A stretch of DNA of 64,000 nucleotides from Longimicrobiales bacterium (GTDB taxonomy: Bacteria > Gemmatimonadota > Gemmatimonadetes > Longimicrobiales > Gaopeijiaceae), in contig CAXXKM010000003.1 in the NCBI GenBank assembly GCA_963664435.2, positions 1,536,001 through 1,600,000 of the forward strand, in the 5' to 3' direction. The stretch's first letter is position 1. Each line of letters opens with the position of its first letter. Below are positions 47,508 through 57,302 of the stretch, one piece after another. Below the pieces are notes generated by a model. The model was not told where the DNA came from, searched no databases, and saw only the letters and a program-made list of their open reading frames with translations. A program made the position numbers and the translations under genes.

Positions 47508-50500
47508 TCACGACGGCGGCCGCGGCTCGATCTCGAGGTCTGTCACGGCCTGGGCGGCCAGGTCGTGCACCTCCCGCCGCAGCGGCACGTGCCGGGTGTT
47601 CTCGCGGGTGGGGTTGACGCGGTTCAGGAGCAGCACCACGGCCAGGTCGAGCTCCGGGTCGATCCACACGGAGGGGCCGGTGAAGCCGGTGTGGCCGAAG
47701 GCGCGCCCGGTGAAGAACCGTCCCGCCGAGGAGTTGCCGGAGGGGGTGTCCCAGCCGGTGGCGCGGCTCGCACTGGAGTCGTGGCGGCGGGTGAAGCCGT
47801 CCAGCGTTGCGGACTCCACGATGCGGGCCGCCTCCGCCCGGGGCGCGCTGCAGGGTGTGCCCGGCGTGGCGTCGCAGGGGCCGGCGCGGCCTCCGCCGAG
47901 CATCATGGCCGCGTAGACGGCGATGTCGCGCGCGGAGGAGAAGAGACCGGCGTGGCCGGCCACGCTCCCCACCGCCCAGGCGTTCTCGTCGTGGACCACC
48001 CCGCGCACGTGGACGCCCCGGTAGTCGGCGTCGATCTCGGTGGGGGCCACGCGCCCGTGCAGCGCGGAGTCGGGGCTGAAGCCGGTGTCCTGCATCCCGA
48101 GCGGTCCCCACACGCGCTCGTCCAGGAAGCGGTCCAGCGGCTGGCCGGTGATCTCCTCGATCGCCCACGCGACCGTCATCATGCCGATGTCCGAGTACAC
48201 CGTGCTGTCGCCGGGCGCGTAGTCGAGCGGAAGCTCGGCGATGGCCTGCTGGTAGGCATCCACGCCTTCCATTTCCAGGAAGAAGCGGCGGAAGGGAGGC
48301 AGCCCGCCCCGGTGCAGCAGCAACTGGCGCACGGTGACCGCCTCCTTGCGCGGGTCGCCCGCCGACCACCAGGGGAGGTAGCGCACCACGGGGGCGTCCA
48401 GGTCGAGGCGGCCCTCGTCCACCAGGATCATGGTGGCGCTGGTGGTGCCCATCACCTTGGTGACCGAGGCCATGTCGTAGATGGAGGAGGGTGTGGCGGG
48501 GGCGGACGCGGGATCCCAGTCCAGGCGGCCGTAGCCGCGCAGGCGCACCAGTTGGCCGTGGCGCACGACGGCGAGCGCAGCGCCCGGGCTGGCCGAGTCG
48601 GCGATGGCTCGCAGGATGCGGCGGTCGAGCGCCTCCAGAACGGCTTCCGACATGCCCGCGGCCGCGGGATCGCCCTCGAGCGGGGAGATCTGCCCCTGGA
48701 CCTCCTGTTCGTCATCCGCGGCGCGCGCGGCGGTCACGAACTCCAGCGGCTGCACGACCCAGGACGGCACGGCCATCAGGGCCTCCCGGATCGCCGCCGG
48801 TTCGGGGAGCGCTTCCCTTCGGAGCCCGTCACCCGCCGCGTGGTCGGGCGGGATGCTGATGGGGAGCGTCCCGGAGATCTCCGCCGCCCCCATGAGCGCG
48901 AAGGCGCCGGCGCGCTGCGAGACTTCGTGGCTGCCCCAGGCGATGAGGTAGCTGCCCAGGTCCTCGAAGGCGCTCAGCGAGTAGGGATTGCCGAAGGAGG
49001 AGACCACCACCGCGCCGCGCGCGGACAGCTCGCGCACCATCTCGCGCAGCGCCTCCGGGACGGCCACCGAGCCCGCCCCGGCGAACGGGGGCACGTACAC
49101 GTTCAGGAGCACCACGTCCGCATCGCGCGCGGCCGCCTGAACCGCCTGGTACGCCGCCGCATCCGATCCCTCGTCGAGGCGCAGGCTGCCGAAGCTGTCC
49201 ACGAAGCGCGCCGCCACCCGGTCGAACTCGCGTCCGGCGATCAGGTCCTGGTCGCGCGCGTAGGTGACGCTCACCACCCGGCCGCGGGCAGCGGCGGGCA
49301 GCGGCACCAGGCCGTCGCGGTCGCGCACCAGGGTGACCGAGCGCTCGGCGGCGAGGTCGGCGAAGGTCAGGTGCCGGGCCGAACCCGCGATGTCGGCGAC
49401 GGCCGCCAGGTCGACGGCGCGGCGCTCGTGGAGTCCGACGCGCGCCTTGGCGGCCAGCAGCAGCCGCACCGACCGGTCGATGCGTTCGCGCGACACCCGG
49501 CCCGTGCGCACCGCGACCTCCACCGCGTCGATGGCCCCGACCACGTCCTCGGGTGCGAGGAGCACGTCCGAGCCCGCTTCCAGCGCCAGCACCGCCGCCT
49601 CTCCCCCACCGTATCCCCGCGAGATGGCGCCCATCCGCAGGGCATCCGTGAAAACCAGGCCGTCGAACTCCATGTCCTCGCGCAGGAGCCCGGTGAGGAA
49701 GTAGGGGGAGAGGGTCGCCGGCACGTCGTCGCCCAGGATGGCGGGCACCGCGACGTGGGCGGTCATCACCGCGTCCACGCCGGCGGATACGGCCCGCCGG
49801 AAGGGCACCAGCTCCATCGACTCAAGGCGCTCCACGTCCGCGGTCACGACCGGAAGCTCGATGTGCGAGTCGGTGCGGGTGTCGCCGTGACCCGGAAAGT
49901 GCTTCGCCGTGGTGAGCACGCCGCCCGCGCGGGCACCCTCGATGTACGCCGCCCCGAGCTGCGCCACCGCCTCCGGGTCCTCGCCGAAGGCACGGGTGTT
50001 GATGATGGGGTTCTCGGGATTGGAGTTGACGTCGAGGACCGGGGCGAAGTTCAGGTGGACGCCGAGCGCCCGCGCCTCCACCGCCGTGATGCGCCCGTAC
50101 TCGTGGGCGAACGCCGGGTCGCCGATGGCGCCAAAGGCCATCGTGGGCGGGAAGCTGGTGCCTCCCCCCTGCGGGAGCAGCGTGGGAAGGGCGTAGGAAT
50201 GGTTGACGCGCATCCCGGGCCCCCCGTTCTCGAAGTCCGCGGTGATCAGCAGCGGGACTCGGGCCGCGGCCTGGAGGCGGTTCAGGAGCGAGGCATAGGA
50301 GTGGGGCGAGCCGATCGAGATGACGACGCCTCCGATGCCCTCCTCCGCCACCCATCGTTCCAGCGTGCGGAAGCTGGCGTCGCTCGACGACGCGTACGCA
50401 CCGGGGACCCAGGGGACGACCAACTGCGCGATGCGCTCGCGCAGGGAGAGCGAAGCGAGTGTCTCATCCAACCATGTACTCGCCCGGCCATCGAGTTCAT

Positions 50501-50672
50501 CGTAGTAGAGGACCGCAGGCGATCCCTCCGCTCCGCCGGAACCCTGAGCCGGGCCATCGCAGGCTGCCGGGACGGCTAGCAGGAGGAGCAACACCGTCCC
50601 CGGCCATCGGACGGCGGTCCCGAACCGCCCTGGAAGCGGCCCTGCGGGACGAACCCGCCCGGCGTGTCTCAC
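47508..50672 (-). CDS. GH3 beta-N-acetylglucosaminidase (NagZ-type) fused to a beta-lactamase-fold serine hydrolase (AmiE-like)
   Basis: KHFPGHGDTRTDSH, FTDAL; C-terminal ASVTK, YSD, VHDENA, GHAGLFS and GHTGFTG motifs; lipobox PAAC. Confidence 0.9.
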   Translation of the reverse strand: MRHAGRVRPAGPLPGRFGTAVRWPGTVLLLLLAVPAACDGPAQGSGGAEGSPAVLYYDELDGRASTWLDETLASLSLRERIAQLVVPWVPGAYASSSDASFRTLERWVAEEGIGGVVISIGSPHSYASLLNRLQAAARVPLLITADFENGGPGMRVNHSYALPTLLPQGGGTSFPPTMAFGAIGDPAFAHEYGRITAVEARALGVHLNFAPVLDVNSNPENPIINTRAFGEDPEAVAQLGAAYIEGARAGGVLTTAKHFPGHGDTRTDSHIELPVVTADVERLESMELVPFRRAVSAGVDAVMTAHVAVPAILGDDVPATLSPYFLTGLLREDMEFDGLVFTDALRMGAISRGYGGGEAAVLALEAGSDVLLAPEDVVGAIDAVEVAVRTGRVSRERIDRSVRLLLAAKARVGLHERRAVDLAAVADIAGSARHLTFADLAAERSVTLVRDRDGLVPLPAAARGRVVSVTYARDQDLIAGREFDRVAARFVDSFGSLRLDEGSDAAAYQAVQAAARDADVVLLNVYVPPFAGAGSVAVPEALREMVRELSARGAVVVSSFGNPYSLSAFEDLGSYLIAWGSHEVSQRAGAFALMGAAEISGTLPISIPPDHAAGDGLRREALPEPAAIREALMAVPSWVVQPLEFVTAARAADDEQEVQGQISPLEGDPAAAGMSEAVLEALDRRILRAIADSASPGAALAVVRHGQLVRLRGYGRLDWDPASAPATPSSIYDMASVTKVMGTTSATMILVDEGRLDLDAPVVRYLPWWSAGDPRKEAVTVRQLLLHRGGLPPFRRFFLEMEGVDAYQQAIAELPLDYAPGDSTVYSDIGMMTVAWAIEEITGQPLDRFLDERVWGPLGMQDTGFSPDSALHGRVAPTEIDADYRGVHVRGVVHDENAWAVGSVAGHAGLFSSARDIAVYAAMMLGGGRAGPCDATPGTPCSAPRAEAARIVESATLDGFTRRHDSSASRATGWDTPSGNSSAGRFFTGRAFGHTGFTGPSVWIDPELDLAVVLLLNRVNPTRENTRHVPLRREVHDLAAQAVTDLEIEPRPPS

Positions 50673-50678
50673 GTCGCC

Positions 50679-52778
50679 CTACCGGCCCCGGAGGGGCAAC
50701 TGGATCCCGTCTCCGATATCGAAGAGGGACGGGAGGCGGGTGGGCGTGCGCCCGCGGATGGGAATCTCCCCGAAGAGTGCCCGGGCGGCGGCGACCTGGC
50801 TGGCTTCCGAGCCGCTCCAGGCCAGCATGTAGGCCTGGGCTTCGGGGACGTCGGAAAGCAGGTAGGGGTTGCCGAAGGAGATGACGATGTGCGGCACGCG
50901 ACGGTCCGCCAGCGCTGCGACGAAGTCGGAAAGGGGCTCGGGCAGGTTCGGCTGGCCGTCGGTGCGGGCCGCGACCACGTACGCGGATACGATGACCAGG
51001 TCCGAGCGGGAGGCGCGCGCGAGCAGGCGCTCGTACTCGGTGTCGCCGGAGCCCGAGTGCAGGTCCGCCGTGCGCAGCCGCCGGTAGGTCGCGCGCACGC
51101 GAGGGTTGAAGTAGCGTCCGGCAAGCAGGTCGTTGCGGCCGCGGTAGGTGACGGAAAGAACGTTCGCGGTGCGGGTGCCGCGTAGCGAGAGCAGGTTGCG
51201 GCGGTTGCGCAGAAGGGTAATGGATGCCTCGGCGATCTCCGTCGCCTGCTCCAGATGATCCGGGATCCCGACTCTGCGATGGATCCGGAAGATGTCCGTG
51301 TAGCGCTCGCGATCCAGCCCCATGCGCTCCTTCAGCTCGAGGATGCGGGCGACCGACCGGTCCAGGCGCGCCTCGGTCACGCGGCCCGAGCGGACCGCGG
51401 CGACCAGGCTCTCGCGCGCTCCGCGCGGGTTGTCGGGCATGAGGATGATGTCGGCGCCGGCCTCGAGCGCGCGCACGACCGCGTCGCGGGCCCCGAATCG
51501 GCGCGTGATCGCGGCCATGTTCATGGCATCGGTCACGATGAGGCCCTCGAACCCCATCTCTCCGCGCAGCAGGTCCGAGAGAACCGCCGGAGAGAGGGTG
51601 GCGGGCATCGACGCGGAACCGGTGACGGAAGGGATCGACACGTGCGCGCTCATGACGGCGCCCATGCCGGCATCTACCGCCGCGCGGAAGGGACGCAGTT
51701 CGACCCGGTCCAGGCGCTCGCGGTCCACGCGGATCACCGGCAGGTCCACATGGGAATCCACTCCGGTGTCGCCGTGGCCCGGGAAGTGCTTGCCGGTCGC
51801 GATCGCGCCGTGCTCCTGAAGCCCGCGCACGAAGGCGGCGCCGAGGCGGGCCACGTCTGCGGGGTCCTCGCCGAAGGAGCGGGTGGCGATGACCGGGTTG
51901 TCCGGGTTGTTGTTGACGTCCAGCACCGGCGCGAAGGGGAGGTGGACGCCCACAGCGCGCGCTTCCACGGCGGTGACGCGGCCCATCTCCCAGGCCAGGC
52001 TGTCGTCGCCCGTCGCGCCCACCGCCATCAGCGACGGGAACAGGGTGGCGCCGCCCAGCTCGATGTTGTTGGGCAGGAAGACCGCCCCGCGCATGCGGTA
52101 GCCGGCCCCGCTCTCCAGGTCCGCCCCCACCAGCAGCGGGTATTTCGCCAGCGACTGCAGGTTGTTGATCTTGGCGGCCACCTCCGATGGAGAGCCCACG
52201 GACACGATCACGCCGCCGACCCCGTCGTCGCGCACGGCTTCGGCAATGCTCTCGAAGTCCTCGGAGCCCGCGGGCGCAAAGTCGCCGAGCATCCACGGCA
52301 TCAGCAGCTGGCCTGCCTTCTCCTCCAGGGTCATCGACTCCAGCACGGAGGATGCCCAGGCGCCTGGTGGTCCTGCGGAGGCCGGAGAACCCGGAGTCGA
52401 TGTTTCGTCGGCGACGCGGGCGGGTCGCGCAGGCGAGACGGCCAAGGTGGGCGTCTCCGCGGCGGAACCCGCGGGCGAAGAAGCCACGGTGGGCGTCTCC
52501 GCGGCGGAACCCGCGGGCGAGGAAGCCGGAGCCGCCTGATCGGCCGGAGGGGGAGCCGTGCCGCGACCTGGAGGGGGCACCGTCTCGCGAGGCGGAGGGG
52601 GCGCTTCCCGGGCCGGGGCTTCCGTCGACGGGGAGGGCTCGGGCGTGGCGCGACCGGACCGCGCGGTGTTGCAGGAGACAACGATCGGAACGAGCGCCAG
52701 GAGGGAGGCGAGACCCGCCGTGCGAAGGGGCGTCGCGCGGCGCGAACCGGACGTGGCCCGACTATTCAGCGCAAGCAC
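50679..52778 (-). CDS. GH3 beta-N-acetylglucosaminidase lipoprotein with long Pro/Ala/Ser linker
   Basis: Lipobox VVSC; KHFPGHGDTGVDSH, VTDAM and SFGNPY motifs; start approximate. Confidence 0.88.
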   Translation of the reverse strand: MLALNSRATSGSRRATPLRTAGLASLLALVPIVVSCNTARSGRATPEPSPSTEAPAREAPPPPRETVPPPGRGTAPPPADQAAPASSPAGSAAETPTVASSPAGSAAETPTLAVSPARPARVADETSTPGSPASAGPPGAWASSVLESMTLEEKAGQLLMPWMLGDFAPAGSEDFESIAEAVRDDGVGGVIVSVGSPSEVAAKINNLQSLAKYPLLVGADLESGAGYRMRGAVFLPNNIELGGATLFPSLMAVGATGDDSLAWEMGRVTAVEARAVGVHLPFAPVLDVNNNPDNPVIATRSFGEDPADVARLGAAFVRGLQEHGAIATGKHFPGHGDTGVDSHVDLPVIRVDRERLDRVELRPFRAAVDAGMGAVMSAHVSIPSVTGSASMPATLSPAVLSDLLRGEMGFEGLIVTDAMNMAAITRRFGARDAVVRALEAGADIILMPDNPRGARESLVAAVRSGRVTEARLDRSVARILELKERMGLDRERYTDIFRIHRRVGIPDHLEQATEIAEASITLLRNRRNLLSLRGTRTANVLSVTYRGRNDLLAGRYFNPRVRATYRRLRTADLHSGSGDTEYERLLARASRSDLVIVSAYVVAARTDGQPNLPEPLSDFVAALADRRVPHIVISFGNPYLLSDVPEAQAYMLAWSGSEASQVAAARALFGEIPIRGRTPTRLPSLFDIGDGIQLPLRGR
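52441..52524. repeat. 42-bp tandem duplication (2 copies) in the GH3 linker
   Basis: 52441-52482 and 52483-52524 differ at 2 positions; encodes SSPAGSAAETPT(V/L)A twice. Confidence 0.9.
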
Positions 52779-52863
52779 CGGTTGACGACTTCTTCCCCCC
52801 GGACGAAGTTGACAGCCCGCTGGCCATCCATGGACTGCTGAAATCGAGGACTGGCGCAAGGTA

Positions 52864-54153
52864 ATGGTTTCCGCAGGTTTCCGAAAATCGCGGGTCGGCG
52901 CCGGCCTGGTTGCCGCGGGCGCGGTCCTCCTCGCCGTAAATCTGGTCGCGCGCGGCGGGCGCGAATCGGCCGTGGACGCGTCGGGCGGTGCCGGCGCGCA
53001 GGCGGCCGGCGAAGCCCGCCCCGGCATCGAGGTTCTGCTCGCGGACTCCATCCACCTGGTCGAGGGCCGCCGTGCCGGGCTGGTCACCAACCACACGGGC
53101 ATCGACCGCCGGGGCGTCTCCACCATCGACCTCCTGCACCGGGACGCGCGCCTGGAGCTGGTCGCGCTCTATTCTCCCGAGCATGGCATCCGGGGCGAGG
53201 CCGAAGCCGGCGAACTCGTCGACAGCGGGATGGACGCGAGCACCGGGCTGCCGATCCATTCGCTCTACGGAGCGACCCGCAAGCCGACGCCGGAGATGCT
53301 GGAGGGCGTCGAGGTGCTCCTCTTCGACATCCAGGACATCGGCGCGCGCTACTACACCTACGTCTACACCATGGCGCTGGCGATGGAGGCAGCCGGAGAG
53401 GCCGGGATCCCCTTTGTGGTGCTGGACCGGCCCAACCCGATCGGGGGCGCCGAGGTGCAGGGGAACGTGCTGGATCCCGCGTTCGCCTCCTTTGTGGGCA
53501 TGTACCCCATCCCCATGCGCCACGGGATGACGCCGGGCGAACTGGCGCGGCTCTTCCAGGGCGAGTTCGGGGTGGACGTGGAGCTCGGCGTGGCTCCGCT
53601 GTCGGGATGGAGCCGGAGCGACTGGTTCACCGACACCGGGCTGCCCTGGGTGGCGCCTTCGCCGAACATGCCTTCGGTGGAGAGCGCACGTCACTATCCG
53701 GGCACCTGCCTGTTCGAAGGGACCAATCTGTCCGTGGGCCGGGGCACGCCCATCGCCTTTCAGCAGATCGGGGCCCCCTGGCTGGACGGAGAGGCGCTGG
53801 CCGCGAACCTGACGGCGTACGGCCTCCCGGGTGTGCGCTTCGAGGCGGTTCGCTTCGTGCCGGAAAACCCCGGCGACGGCAAGCACGGCGGAGTCGAGGT
53901 GGGAGGCGTGCGGCTGGTCGCCACCGATCCGGGCTACGACCCCACCGAGGCCGCGGCGGCCGCGCTCATCGAAGCTGCCGCGCTCTCCGGCGACCGGTGG
54001 GAATGGCGCGAAGCCGCCTTCGACCGGCTCGCGGGCACCGATCGCCTGCGGTTGGCGGTTGAGGCGGGCGCGTCCCTGGAGGAGGTGCGCGCCGCATGGC
54101 AGCCCGACCTGATCGAATTCCGGCGGGTGCGGGAACGGTATCTCCTGTACTGA
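52864..54153 (+). CDS. namZ: exo-beta-N-acetylmuramidase NamZ (DUF1343) family
   Basis: GLVTNHTG, SPEHGIRG, FDIQDIGARYYTY, LDRPNPIGG, RHGMTPGELA and PSPNMP motifs. Confidence 0.9.
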   Translation: MVSAGFRKSRVGAGLVAAGAVLLAVNLVARGGRESAVDASGGAGAQAAGEARPGIEVLLADSIHLVEGRRAGLVTNHTGIDRRGVSTIDLLHRDARLELVALYSPEHGIRGEAEAGELVDSGMDASTGLPIHSLYGATRKPTPEMLEGVEVLLFDIQDIGARYYTYVYTMALAMEAAGEAGIPFVVLDRPNPIGGAEVQGNVLDPAFASFVGMYPIPMRHGMTPGELARLFQGEFGVDVELGVAPLSGWSRSDWFTDTGLPWVAPSPNMPSVESARHYPGTCLFEGTNLSVGRGTPIAFQQIGAPWLDGEALAANLTAYGLPGVRFEAVRFVPENPGDGKHGGVEVGGVRLVATDPGYDPTEAAAAALIEAAALSGDRWEWREAAFDRLAGTDRLRLAVEAGASLEEVRAAWQPDLIEFRRVRERYLLY

Positions 54154-54179
54154 CCGGCGTCCGGCCAGGTTACAGAGCC

Positions 54180-55499
54180 TTAAGGCACCCGCCCCGGGCT
54201 TCTTGAACCCCGCACGAGGTCCACGGCGCTCGTTTTCGTGCGTTGCAGAATGGGGTACCCGGTGCGGGTCGTGCCGAGCACGCGCCGATGCATCGAGTTG
54301 CCGGCGAACTCATCCTTGATGATGGCTACCTGACGATCGAACACTCCGCTAACCAGGCGCTCGCAAAAGCGCCAGGTCAGGTGGGCTTGAGGAACCGGCT
54401 GGGTCGTGACCAGATCCAGGATCGCCTCACCGGGGAACCGGTGGTAGTCCGGATATTGCAGGGGCAGCTTGTCTGTGGGCAGAGACTCAAGGTCGACGTT
54501 GTCCACCACCACGAGGATGGGGATGGAACTCAGCAGCAACCCCCTTCCCAGTGGGTCGACGGAAGGCCTGAACCCGACGTGCTCCATGTTGGGCACGGCC
54601 GGATTGTCGATGTCCTGACCCATGCCGAACACCTCGAAATCGGCCCGCGAGAGGTCCGGGAGTCCGGATCCGGGATAGAGTTCGTCATGATTGATCGCCT
54701 GTTGCGCCACTACGCGGGCCTGACCCGGCAGGACAGGGTATTCCCGTCCCGAGCCGGGGAATCGGAGTACGCGCTGCGCCCAGATGCCTTCGGAATCGAG
54801 CCGCCAGCGTTCATAGTCGACGCAGCGGTCTGGCGAAGCGTCGCTTTCCCACACGAAATCGAACGCCTGGGCGATGATCTTGCCATCCAGGTACACGGTC
54901 GTGTCCGCGTTGTTGTAGACCTCGACATACTTGGCCAGCGAATACTGGACAGTGGGTCCACCGATCTCGCGCGGCGACCAGTCATGGACCTCGCTGATTA
55001 CGAGGGAGCCTCGGCGACCGGCCACCGCTTCGACGTCCGCGGTGCTGGACGGCGGCTGGACCTGGACGCGGTTGCCGCCCCCGAAAGCGTTGACGCCGCT
55101 CAGGGCCGAGTCCGCCTCGTTGATCCGGGCCGTCTCGTCTGCATTCAGGAGGCGAAGGGAGGTGATGTCATATCGCCCGGGCAGAAGCCCCGCGAAGGTA
55201 ACTTGCCCGAGGGAGTCCGTGGTGCCCACCTCGACCGGCGACTCGCCGACACGCCGGATTCTGACATGCGCCTCCGGCACGCGGTCGGCTGGACGCCCGA
55301 GAGCCTCGAGAGCCCGACTCGCTTCCCCAGCCGCCGTAACCGTGACGGTCAGGCTCCCTCGCTGGACCGTGTCTCCGACGCTGCGAGGGGTAGTGTCCGG
55401 AGGCGGAGGCCGAAGTTCGACGGGATCGTCGCCAGGCGAACAACTCGCAAGGAAGCAGCCGAGAGCCGGACCCCAGAGCCCGACCGCTCTACGCGTCAC
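54180..55499 (-). CDS. DUF4876 domain lipoprotein
   Basis: Lipobox FLASC; LVISEV..YVEVYNNADTTVYLDG, FPGSGREYPVLPG, AINH..DLSRADFE and DIDNPAVPNM motifs; start approximate. Confidence 0.8.
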   Translation of the reverse strand: MTRRAVGLWGPALGCFLASCSPGDDPVELRPPPPDTTPRSVGDTVQRGSLTVTVTAAGEASRALEALGRPADRVPEAHVRIRRVGESPVEVGTTDSLGQVTFAGLLPGRYDITSLRLLNADETARINEADSALSGVNAFGGGNRVQVQPPSSTADVEAVAGRRGSLVISEVHDWSPREIGGPTVQYSLAKYVEVYNNADTTVYLDGKIIAQAFDFVWESDASPDRCVDYERWRLDSEGIWAQRVLRFPGSGREYPVLPGQARVVAQQAINHDELYPGSGLPDLSRADFEVFGMGQDIDNPAVPNMEHVGFRPSVDPLGRGLLLSSIPILVVVDNVDLESLPTDKLPLQYPDYHRFPGEAILDLVTTQPVPQAHLTWRFCERLVSGVFDRQVAIIKDEFAGNSMHRRVLGTTRTGYPILQRTKTSAVDLVRGSRSPGRVP

Positions 55500-55608
55500 G
55501 CTCTCAACCCCGGCCGCTTCACTTCGGTTCACCTCTCCGGTCGAATCCGGCCATCCGCTCACCTCCCCGTTCGCCAACGCCTCGATGCACACGGTCAACC
55601 ATGCGGGA

Positions 55609-55637
55609 CAACGTTTGAGCACCACGAAACACGACAA
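55609..55637 (-). promoter_or_regulatory. putative ECF-type promoter, copy facing the DUF4876 gene
   Basis: TTGTCGTGTTTCGTGGTGCTCAAACGTTG; 20/29 identical to 55894-55922. Confidence 0.55.
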
Positions 55638-55893
55638 CGCGAGCGGTGCCCTCGCCTGCCCAGGTCGTTACCGGCCCGGCGCAGTCCCCAGCCCTCCCGT
55701 GGTTCATCCCCTCCGGACGCTTTCCGGTCCCTTGCCGCTGATCCGGGCGGCGCGCATACTCTCTGGCGGCTTCGGTCGTCTGGGCCCTCGGTTGTCCGCT
55801 CCGAGTTCCGCGAATCAGGTTGCCAGGCGAACGCTTGCGGACCGGAAGCCCGATCCTCGTTGCGCTCATCTCCCCCTCCCGCGACCCGCCGGC

Positions 55894-55922
55894 TTGTCAC
55901 GAAACGCCCTGCTGAAACGTTG
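55894..55922 (+). promoter_or_regulatory. putative ECF-type promoter, copy facing the sigma factor operon
   Basis: TTGTCACGAAACGCCCTGCTGAAACGTTG; TGTCAC-N17-CGTT. Confidence 0.55.
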
Positions 55923-55996
55923 CTTCTTTAACGGCGGACGCGTCCCGACGCCAGTCTGCGGGGTCCGACCTGTGCCCGGCGTCCCGGAGCGCACGG

Positions 55997-56500
55997 GTGG
56001 ACCCTAGAGAGCTCTTCGAGGAAGTCTATCCCGCGCTCCTGGGGCGTTGCCAGGCCATGACGAGCGATCCTGATCTGGCTGCGGACGCGGCTCAGGAGGC
56101 GTTCGCGCGTTTGGTAGAGAGGAACGTCCGCGGATCTCGCGACCAACTCAGGGGCTGGCTCTTCCGGACGGCCGAGAACGCGCTCCGCGACACTCTGCGG
56201 CGGGAAAGAACGCGACGACGTTTGGTGGGATGGCGACTGGAATGGGTCAGGCAGGCCCGGCAACCGGATGAAGAGGTGGAACGGCGCGAGCGCATTCGCG
56301 CCGTGCGGGCGGCACTGAACGCTCTGGACGACAGGACGCGGAAGCTGCTTGAGATGAGCGCGGCGGGATTCTCCCGGCACGAGATCGCCCGGCATCTGCA
56401 AGTTTCGACGACTTCGGTTTCGACCCTGCTGGTTCGCGCCCGACGGGCCCTCGGCGACAAGCTTCAAGAACAGGGGTACTGTCATGAATCATATTCCTGA
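55997..56500 (+). CDS. ECF-type sigma-70 family RNA polymerase sigma factor
   Basis: AADAAQEAFARL, GWLFRTAEN (region 2); GFSRHEIARHL..VSTLLVRARR (region 4). Confidence 0.9.
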   Translation: MDPRELFEEVYPALLGRCQAMTSDPDLAADAAQEAFARLVERNVRGSRDQLRGWLFRTAENALRDTLRRERTRRRLVGWRLEWVRQARQPDEEVERRERIRAVRAALNALDDRTRKLLEMSAAGFSRHEIARHLQVSTTSVSTLLVRARRALGDKLQEQGYCHESYS

Positions 56501-57302
56501 AGGCCGGCTCCAGGCCTATGTCGAGGCTTGGCTCTCTCCCGAGGATCGGCGTGAGGTGGAGCGCCATCTGGAGGGATGTCCCACCTGTTCGGCGGTTCGC
56601 CAGGAGCTCGCGGCACTTCGCCGTCTCGCTCGGGGCGCAATTGGCGAGTTGCATCCCGCTCCCAATGTTGAGACGGCCTGGGGGGAGGTGATGCGGCGTG
56701 TGCGGACGAGGCGGCGACGCACCGGGCGTCTACGCGGCCTTGCGGCGTGCCTGCTCGTTGCAGTCCTCGCGGGCGTCTCCGGCCTCGCCCCCGCCTCTCC
56801 ATTGTACGGCTGGGCCGGACGCGCCTGGGAACGGATCGTGGCGCTTCTCGCCGACGAGCCGGGCGATGCGCCTGTTGAGGTCATACCGGGCATGGAGAGC
56901 GAGGCTGTGGCACCCGCGCGCCCAGAGCCCGACGAGTCGTCCGCCGCCCTTCCGACTCCTCCGGCCGAAGCCGGAATCTTCCTGGAAGCGACGAGCGAGC
57001 CGGTCCGGATCGCGCTCCACGAAGTGCTCCCCGGGACCGAAATCCGCGTGGTCTTCGTTGACGGGACCGACGCGGGTGTCTTCGGCTCCGCTGCCTCGCG
57101 GTTCCGGAGTGAGCCCGGCCGGCTGGACATTACGGTTCGGGGGGCCAGCATCCGGGTGGAAATCCCCAAGAGAGCGGAGCGAGTGGCGCTGCTCGTGGGG
57201 GAGGAAGCTCTCCTGGTCAAGGACGGAGGGTCGCTCGACGTGCGCGGCCCCGTCACCAGCCGCAGCCCCGAGGAGATTCGTTTCCTGGTTCCGGGCGGAT
57301 GA
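56484..57302 (+). CDS. zf-HC2 (ZAS) anti-sigma factor with TM segment and periplasmic domain
   Basis: H..HLEGCPTC motif; TM GLAACLLVAVLAGV; overlaps the sigma gene. Confidence 0.85.
   Translation: MNHIPEGRLQAYVEAWLSPEDRREVERHLEGCPTCSAVRQELAALRRLARGAIGELHPAPNVETAWGEVMRRVRTRRRRTGRLRGLAACLLVAVLAGVSGLAPASPLYGWAGRAWERIVALLADEPGDAPVEVIPGMESEAVAPARPEPDESSAALPTPPAEAGIFLEATSEPVRIALHEVLPGTEIRVVFVDGTDAGVFGSAASRFRSEPGRLDITVRGASIRVEIPKRAERVALLVGEEALLVKDGGSLDVRGPVTSRSPEEIRFLVPGG

Noticed and set aside
47565..50579. Very long antisense or alternate-frame ORFs (also 5365-7482, 10327-12798, 16456-18720, 26354-28420)
   Set aside because: They shadow well-supported genes, carry no motifs, and are expected from stop-codon scarcity at high GC.
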